From Eledone cirrhosa (Eukaryota): a stretch of 64,000 bases of DNA. The notes under the pieces were generated by a model. The model was not told the origin of the DNA and made no database searches. It worked only from the letters and a program-made list of their open reading frames with translations. Made by a program: the position numbers and the translations under genes. The stretch covers positions 401,078,001 through 401,142,000 of the forward strand of contig OZ024740.1 in assembly GCA_964016885.1 (NCBI GenBank). Reading direction: 5' to 3'. Below are positions 54,901 to 64,000 of the stretch, piece by piece; position 1 is the first letter of the stretch; each line of letters opens with the position of its first letter.

Positions 54901-55943
54901 GAGGACAAAGGTAAGGGTGTATAGGGCATGTGTACTCTCTTGTCTTCTTTATGCCTGCGAGACCTGGGTCACATATCGACACCACCTTAAGCAATTGGAG
55001 CGTTTCCATCAGATGTGTCTCAGACAGATCCATGGCGTTCACTGGAGGGACCACATCAGTGATGTCGAGATTTTGGAAAGCCCTATGTGTGACAGTATAG
55101 AAGCTCCTGTGCTTAAGCAACGACTCCGTTGGAGTGGTCACCTTGCCAGGATGAAGGATTCTAGAATACCAAAACAACTCTTTTATGGAGAGTTGTTTAA
55201 AGGAAAACGACCGCCACATAAACCAAAAAAGAGGTATAAGGATTCCTTGAAAGCCTCTCTGAAAGACGCTAACATCTCTGCTGATACATGGGAGAATATT
55301 GCTGCTGATCGTAATAAATGGAGAAAGACTGTATATGAGGGAAAAGTTGCCTTTGAGGCATCTCGAATCGCATACGAGAAAGTAAAGCGGGATGTGAGGA
55401 AGGGCATTGCTGTTGCACTTCCAGACGGCGAGGGTCCTCCTACGGTGCTGACATGCAGCGTATGTGCGAGACTCTGCCTAAGCAAAGCTGGACTCGAAAG
55501 TCATCTTCGCAGTCATAAAGTAAGACCAGTGGTTGACTACGAGGCTGCTGTTGGAGATGCTACTCATCATGCTTGCCAAACATGTGGTAGAGAATGTAAA
55601 TCAGCAGGAGGGCTCAAGCGACATGCAAAAGTACACGAACTCCAACCACAGCCGACTATTCCCAGTGAATGTTTTGGTTGCCGACTCTGTGCAAGACATT
55701 TTAGATCATTGGCTGGGCTAAAAAGCCACATTCGATCGCAGCGCTGTTAGTTGCTATCGTGTGTGTGTGTGTAGATACACTTATGTGTGTGCGTGTGTGT
55801 GTATATATATATGTATATGTATATTATTATTGTTGTTATTGTTATTATTATTATTATTGTTATTAATGTATGTGTGTGTGTGGGTGTGTATGTATGTGTA
55901 TATGTGTATGTATATGTATATATATATATATTTCTTTTTTTTT

Positions 55944-55979
<36 letters not shown>

Positions 55980-56036
55980 TTTTTTTTTTTTTTCCTCGTG
56001 CAATGGCCATACTCGATAACGAGGGGGCAGCCATCA
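51963..56036 (+). mobile_element. Near full-length RTE (BovB-like) LINE with (TGTA)n tail; microsatellite blocks interrupt it at 52245-52326 and 55760-55993
   Basis: Structured 5' region, APE-RT ORF, 3' CTCG(ataa)CGAG hairpin plus GCAGCCATCA. Confidence 0.92.
52347..55750 (+). pseudogene. RTE ORF: APE endonuclease, RT and three C2H2-like fingers
   Basis: WNVRT, ALSETRL, VYAPT, GDFNA, LDY, TDH; YRGISLL, DLTKAFD, KQG, HADD; TGA at 53667 and a 1-nt frameshift near 54207. Confidence 0.92.
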
Positions 56037-56094
56037 TGTATGTATGTATGTATGTTTGTATTTCGGCTTTTTCGTGTACTTATTTGATTCCATT

Positions 56095-56525
56095 GTTTGG
56101 ATAAGAAAACTACCCAGACATCCTGAAAAAATTTCTGTCGTTGATGTAACGGGTAAAGTACTTGGATAGCACGCTCTAAAATGATGGCTCTTTGGACGCT
56201 GAAATACATCTTCGCATCCAGAAGGCCACTGTTGCCTTGGGAAAATTGGAAAAGAGAGTTTGGGCAAATCGCAACATTACCAGTAATGCCAAGGTGTGTG
56301 TTTTTAGACCATGTGTTCTGTCTGCTCTTTTATACTCCACCGAAACCTGGATGCTTCTCCGCAAACACATCAAATTGCTTGAACGGTTTCAGTAGAAATG
56401 TTTAAGACGCATATTCAACATCAAGTGGCAAGACAGAACTCCTTATTAAAACAATGTCCAAGCATTGAGTCCCAAGTAGCATCATCTCAAATGCATTGGA
56501 AAGGACATATCGTCCGTATGAAAGA
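56095..56525 (+). mobile_element. Older RTE RT-thumb fragment
   Basis: LDAEIHLRIQKA..ALGKL..LLYSTETW..LERFQ. Confidence 0.8.
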
Positions 56526-56900
56526 AAGGGTTTTGAGATTGACTTCCAGCTATGCTACATAAGAGACTGAATATAATGACTGGCATTAAACAAAATGTTG
56601 TAGTTGCCTCTTCATTTTTTTTCGACCCACTAATCTAGCTGTGTTCACAAATTTTATGAGTACTGCATTTAAACTGTTTGGATGAAGTCTTTAAAAGCAT
56701 TCTCACTGAATCACATACAATGAATATGACTATATTCCCAAACGCAGTCTGAGTTATAAAGTTTAAAGCCTCGAAATATTCAATTACTATATATAATTTC
56801 AATGTAACAATGAAGCAAATGAAATGCTTGCACATGAGAAACAAAAAACAAATACTTGGAATTGAGTCACATTAAAGTATGAGCGTCGGTATATAATTTT

Positions 56901-57091
56901 AATTGTTTCTACTTTTGGCAGAAGGCCAGCAATTATCCCAGTGTATTGCTGGGTTTTTTTATGTTATCGACCCTGTAAGGATGAAAGGCAAAGTTAACCT
57001 CGGCGGGATTTGGATTCAGACCGTAAAGGGACGTAACTTTGCTGGAAAGCATGACGTCCGAACCTCTACCGATACTGCCAATTCACCGCCT
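56901..57091 (-). mobile_element. SINE family 1 with ~20 bp target-site duplication
   Basis: Reverse complement of 11512-11690; CGTCGGTATATAATTTTAAT at 56884-56903 and 57105-57124. Confidence 0.9.
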
Positions 57092-57804
57092 ATATACTAA
57101 TATACGTCGGTATATAATTTTAATATGCATACGTTTGTCTCCCATATGTATTATACTGATGAGAAAAAGGTCGATTAACGAATATTATCTGTACAATTAA
57201 AGATAATGTAGTTAGGAGTGGAAATTATTCTTCAAATCCAACCAGGAAAAGCCATAGGAATGTTTCAATCTACTTATATCTCATCAGTGATTTGTCTCTC
57301 GTTATCTCTGTTTTGACCTACAAGTTTGTTTTGTTTATTCGAGCGAGAGAATGTAATTCTGTCTACATTATCCAATACGTACTTCTATGATTTAAGACAC
57401 ATCTCTGTGGTATTAAATATTTTTAGCTAGTATTTCTAGCAGGACGAGAATCTGCGCAGATGTTTCCTCACTTGCTTGAACAGTTATGATGTTATTACAC
57501 GGCATATAACAATGAATGTATATGTGAAGAAAAAGTAAATGTAAGCGCTAACGTTCAGTTGCTTTGTCATGTGAATGAAGCATAAATGTAATGTAATCTG
57601 AAAAGGGTGTTACTGGCTTAGTAATGGCATAATTTTGGTTTGTTTGATGACTGTTCAGAAGCTATTATTTGAGTATGGATGTGAGTGGTGTAAGTGGTAT
57701 TCAAACGGTTCCATTCACTGTGTCTCGTCAATTCATTCTACCAACTGACAGCAATCAAAAGAAACAGAGTCGTTAAGCATTGCAACAAAAAAATGAACTG
57801 CAAT

Positions 57805-58754
<950 letters not shown>

Positions 58755-59400
58755 TCGCATAATAAAAATAAAACTACAAACAATAACAATATAATTCAGA
58801 ATATATCGTGCAGTCTGCCATATTGTATGCACGAAGCACGGTAAAAAGTTTTATTACCACCGTTACCATTTAGCTAAGACTAGCAGCTGAAACAATATCA
58901 ACAATCATCATAACATTGAAATCAACTGGGATACATACGACTACAACATCTTCCAAGAAAGAGTTAGCTACGAGAGTGAGTAAAGGTTGGTTGATGGAGC
59001 ACAATATTAGTAAATGATAATACATGCGGTGAAACGAACTGCGGTTTCAATACGGGCAAGCTAGAAATAGATATTAGAGTAAATTGTTGGCAGCAATGTA
59101 ATGTGAACAATACAATCGCACACATGTACTTACACGGGCATATAGACATATTATATACTTGATACAGAGCTGTATATAAGTGATGAGTTATATAAATATA
59201 TGGAACATACACATACACACATACACACACACTCATATATATATAAACGAATAGTAGAATGGAAAAAGATTCTTTCAGTAGAAAATGTCAGTGGGATATC
59301 AAAACATTAATTTATTTACAATACCGGTTTTCAGCATTAAATGCATTGTCAATTGCGGATATGCAGAATATTCTTAAGTTGCATATTTGTACAAATAGTG

Positions 59401-59580
59401 ATAATAATAATAATGATGAAAAGAATGAAAATATACAGGGGAAGAAAAATTAATTACAGTTGTAAGCAGAGTAGAATGGACAGAGAAATGACCATTCTTC
59501 TCTGAATGAACATCTATGAGAAAATTAATTTTTCTTCCCCTGTTTATTTTCATTCTCTTCATTAATATTACTATTATTAT
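59401..59580. repeat. Inverted repeat with ~55 bp arms (59401-59455 / 59522-59580)
   Basis: GAATGAAAATA.ACAGGGGAAGAAAAATTAATT and its reverse complement. Confidence 0.85.
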
Positions 59581-59796
59581 TATTATTATTCGTCTAAGCG
59601 GACGTATTATGCTCGCTCCCAGTAAGTCGCTTTATTTGCCTGTTAAAATTATTTGTTGTTAAATATTTCTTGTTGTGTAAGGGATATAAGCCCTTAGACT
59701 TTGCCCTGTTAAGGGGAAAGTATAATATTTGGGCCTTTTGGCCCAAATATTTGAATTTTTTTTACATGTTAAAACATTTACGGAGAAAAAAAAAAC

Positions 59797-61460
59797 ATGG
59801 CTGAACCCGATGCGATATGTCGGCTGTCGTGCGACAACGACGTGGAAGTTGAGAGGAGCGCTACAGCGAAATTAAAACAAATTGATAACACAAACACCAC
59901 TACAAACAAAGACACCAATGATACCAATAAGAACTCTAATTTTGAAAAAAAATGACAGTAACAGCAACAACGAAAATACAGATAACAAACCAAAAAAATA
60001 ACAAATACAACCACAATATCAACACCACTAACATGAAAACAAATAGCGACAACACCAACAGCAACAATACCAACTTCACCGAGAACAACCGTGGCAACAA
60101 AGACAACAATGATAACAGCGACAGTGCTAACAACACCAACAAGAACAACGACAACAACACCCCCAACGAAAACAAGAAGAACACTTTCACTGCGGCAGCA
60201 GCAAAAAAGAGGCCATGCTTCAACATGGACCTCTCAAACAAAGATGAAAAGTTGGCCCAGGCATGGAAGCTCATCAAGCAAGAGCAAACCTGGGCCAACT
60301 TAACTGTCCCGGTAGAAGCTATTGAGGCAGTGGAGCGCAGAACGGTGCATTATAGATGCATCTCAGCACAAACCAAAAGGGCAGCTTTATTCCCACAAGA
60401 AGATGTCGAAGTCGCGCTGAGGTGCATCAGAGAAGACACTGAATACATAGAGAGGGGCAAACAGTACGGACCCATTTCGGTGTTGTTCAAGTCAGAAGCC
60501 CTCGCTATGAAACACGCTATGACTCCTTGCAAAACCAGCAAGGTCATAATGTACCCCTCCCACATGGGAAAAAGAACGGGCCGTCTCCGCATTCCCAGAA
60601 TCCCACCAGGACTTGACATGTGGTGGATTCTGGGATGTGTGATTCTGGAGGGGACGGATACCGTCCCTATATAAGTAACCAGAACGGCCAGAGAGGACTG
60701 GTCCGAGGTTGACCTGGAGATCCTTCTCCAGATCAGGCCCGAGAATGTGAAGACAACCGCCGACCACGTCCGCCTTCAGAATGGGACGGTCATTCACATT
60801 ATGACCGAAGGCAAAAGGCCGCAGTGTTTTGTTTGTGGGGAAAAACCCATTTGCGAGCCTTCTGCCCTCTACTGCTGAAAGAGGGAAGGGGTCGAAAGGC
60901 TCCACTGCTGCCGACGCTGGGGCGAGGACCACAACCAACACCAACACCGGCAAAACCACCAACAACCACACCAATAGAAGGACCACCACCAACATTGACC
61001 ACCCAGGGGGGAAACGAGGAAAGCTGTCAAATCCCCCCTCCCCCCCAAAAAATACACACACCAATAAAACCATAAACATACATACAGACACACTTACAGA
61101 CACAGACCCCTCATCTACCAGTAGTGGGAAAACCAAAATCCCCCAAAATACAAAAAAGGAAACACTAAAAAGAAAAAAAAACTCAACAAAGCACAAAATC
61201 ACCCACAATGAAAAACACAGACACCACCCACGCAAACATCTGAAACCACAGACACCGCATTCACAACAAACACTGATACAACCGATACAACACCACTAAA
61301 ATCATCACCACCACAGCCACGCAAACAAATAAAATCACACCAACAAAACATACAAAACTTCGTGCTCGTCAGGTGGGCCAACATGGAACTGATGGCCCTC
61401 GTAGCACGAAGTGAAAATATACAAAAAATATACAAAAAGAGGGGGAAATTTTTAAATCGA
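59797..61460 (+). pseudogene. Disrupted non-LTR ORF1 (gag-like) with CCHC knuckle
   Basis: Asn/Thr-rich N-terminus, RRM-like core, EGKRPQCFVCG(E)KTHLRAFCP across a frameshift; no ORF2 follows. Confidence 0.7.
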
Positions 61461-61495
61461 TATATATATATATGAATGTAATCTGGGTATTTTGT

Positions 61496-62206
61496 TTCGA
61501 ATATTAAACATTCGATTCGTTTGCAATTATGCAAACAAGTCTCATTTTTAAAACCACGTCAGTTGAATGAACACTTCATTCTTGCTCTTGTGTTAGCATG
61601 TAAACAGAACTGCAGACACTAATGTTTCTGGGTATGATCCTTCATCACTACAGCTAACTGTCCACCTGCCAACTGTCAGAGCTAGTGAAAATATATGCTT
61701 TTTTCAAAAAGATACAGTGACTGATCAGTCAGATCTGCATATTAGCAGATCCACTGATCAGCCAGATTTGCATATCAGCAGACTGGCCAGTCAGTTTCCT
61801 GTATACGAGCGATAAATGGCCAGCTTCGCCACATTCAAAATAAAAATAAAAAGATTTTTCACTCTACATCGCTGAATACAATAAATCTAATCTGAGTTTT
61901 TCGAATATTAATAATAACATTCGATTCGTTTGTAATTATGCAAACAAGCTTCATTTTTAAAGCCATGTCAGTAGAATGAACATTTCATCCTTGCTCTTGT
62001 GTTGGCATGTAAACAGAACTGTATATTTTTGAAAATAGCATATATATTCACTAGCACTGACAGTTGGCAGGTGAACAGTGAGCTGTACTGATGAAGGGTG
62101 ATACCCAGAAACATTAGTGTCTGCAGTTCTGTTTACATGCCAACACAAGAGCAAGAATGAAGGTTCATTCTATAGGCTAGTTTGCATAATTGCAAACGAA
62201 TCGAAT
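61496..62206. mobile_element. HHR-bearing fold-back with an additional direct duplication
   Basis: 61509-61717 is inverted to 62019-62206; 61496-61612 is repeated directly at 61900-62021. Confidence 0.85.
62080..62129 (+). ncRNA. Type I hammerhead, canonical core
   Basis: GAGCTGTA-CTGATGA-A-GGGT(gat)ACCC-A-GAA-ACATTAGTGT-C-TGCAGTTC; TATATA ~40 nt upstream; mutated mirror copy at 61607-61655(-). Confidence 0.82.
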
Positions 62207-62246
62207 CTCAGATTACATTTATTGTATGCAGCCATTTATTATTTTT

Positions 62247-62361
<115 letters not shown>

Positions 62362-62390
62362 CATATATATACATACATATAGAGATAGAT

Positions 62391-63235
62391 ACTAACTGAC
62401 GTACCCAGCTTTGCCCGGAAAAAAGATGATAACAGAAGACAACTAGAAGAGAAAATAACTGTATTGGATGTTTGTCTGGTTTACAGGATGAGGTGAGACC
62501 GTGGGGTGTGTGTGTGTGTGTGTGTCTGTGTGTGTGTCTGTGTGTGTGACAATAAAATACAGTAAGAATTTCCAAGACAAATATCCAGATACACAGGATT
62601 CTTCGTTTTAGTGTTTATGCATTGTATATGAAGATTTCTACGTGTTTCCACTCGTCAACAAATACATATAACTGTTCACGAGTAAAAAGCGATTCTCTTC
62701 TATTCAATTCTATAACTTTGATACTCTAAGCCTGAGCTTTATTTAAGGTCATAGCAAAACTGGCTCTAACAGGGAACTGAAGTCTTGAGAATTTGAAAGG
62801 CAACTCGGTAGAGGAAGAGATAAGGGCATCTTAGGGATACATGCATTTTCTCCTTGATGATTGCCTGGCGGTAAAGCTCCTGTCATTGCATGGATTTGGT
62901 TACTTCACTTCTTAAAAGGATGATGGAAGCACCAATCTTTTGTATATATATATATAACGAAGGAATTGTGGTAAGGAACCAGATGGACCATAACACACCA
63001 GAGTACTCAATACTTAGGGTAGTAGAGTGGGTAATAGGAGAAAGTATGACCCCCGACGGCAGAGCTCAAGCCGCGTCGAGGCGGCTTGAGCTCTGCCGTC
63101 GGGGTCATACATTCTCCTATATATTTTTGTATAAGTTCCCTGTGTCCACGCATCGCCAGGTATCTTAGCTGAGAACAGACTTCCTGATGACGAAACGGCT
63201 TCTCCATGCTTTCCATTTGAACTTGTTTATTCCCT
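62391..63235 (-). mobile_element. Helitron relic: PIF1-like helicase C-terminus and probable 3' terminus
   Basis: KIGASIILLR; IPKMPLI..LPFKFSRLQFPVRASFAMTLNKAQ..QLYV; CCGGGCAAAGCTGGGT hairpin plus TTAG (decayed CTAG) at 62391-62418. Confidence 0.8.
62957..63120 (-). mobile_element. Family B mini fold-back inserted in the Helitron helicase, with a 9 bp TSD
   Basis: Arms 63034-63074 / 63081-63120; TTTTGTATA at 62938-62946 and 63125-63133. Confidence 0.85.
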
Positions 63236-63311
63236 TTCAGAAACTAATTAGTTGGAGTGAAATTTTAGTAAGTAAGATAATTTTTATAATTTAGTTATTT
63301 TCCGTCATTCA

Positions 63312-63431
<120 letters not shown>

Positions 63432-63554
63432 GGTAAACATTGATGCAATTCAATTCAAGCACTCAACGTACTTTTTCCACATAGGAGTGACGGAGTAAAT
63501 ATCGAATAAGGAAAAGCGAAGTAGTTTCAGATGTTCAAGTCCTTTAATAATAAT

Positions 63555-63628
63555 GCTGTGATATATATTTCAATGACGACACTGGCCACTCTGTTCTGTG
63601 TGCGAGTGTCGTGTCATCATCAGACAGC
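63555..63628 (-). ncRNA. Hammerhead-like motif in a PLE-type end (63429-64000)
   Basis: GCTGT-CTGATGA-TGAC(ac)GACACT...AGTGTCGTCA-TT-GAA-ATATATAT-C-ACAGC. Confidence 0.65.
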
Positions 63629-64000
63629 TTGTTACATAATAAGGTTATGTTTCTGAGGCAATCCAAATTGAATCGACATGGGAACGGATGAAGTTCGTGC
63701 TTTTGGGTTTTTCATCCCTTGTGATTACCAATTCACCCCCACCGGTCTGCGCAAGCGCATGTCCGAAGGAAGTTGACCATTAGCCACCGCAGATTTCAAC
63801 GAAATTCGCTGTCAGTTCACCCTCTCAGCCAAAACAATGGCCCACCTATGCCCTACCAAAGTTTACTGCTACCCATCACGACTGTGGCAGTCAGCCGAAA
63901 GCCAGAGGGGATGGGAGGGTATTAGTTTTTATAGGTCATAATACTACCTTTCACTAAGCGTTGACAGCAAGACTGACCATCAACTCATAAGGGAAAATAA

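Noticed and set aside
63183-63200. CTGATGACGAAAC, an apparent ultra-minimal hammerhead
   Set aside because: No stem I complement and no suitable NUH; it lies antisense within the Helitron relic.

Overview
AT-rich, microsatellite-dense eukaryotic intergenic or intronic DNA. The SINE families and (TA)n/(CA)n/(TATG)n load look like an octopus-type mollusc, which is an inference. I see no intact host gene; nearly all listed ORFs are microsatellite artefacts. Recognisable coding relics: a BCAP31/BAP29 processed pseudogene, two Naiad-type Penelope-like (PLE) RT/GIY-YIG fragments, RTE, R4/Dong-like and Tx1/L1 LINE pieces, and mariner, hAT and Helitron fragments. The main signal is a set of short, mostly non-coding fold-back elements embedded in (TA)n tracts. 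They share an architecture of inverted 5' copy, TATA box, type I hammerhead ribozyme (HHR), a (TT)GAGTAC motif, then (TA)n. About 18 HHR-like copies from roughly a dozen sequence families can be folded by eye. Many deviate from the textbook: UUGAUAA (U3-A8) or CAGAAGA cores, U.U or A.A closure of stem II, 60-90 nt branched stem II inserts, and palindromic stem III. The PLE-HHR association itself is established; the variant diversity and shared layout are what merit testing. All folds are manual and no activity is demonstrated.
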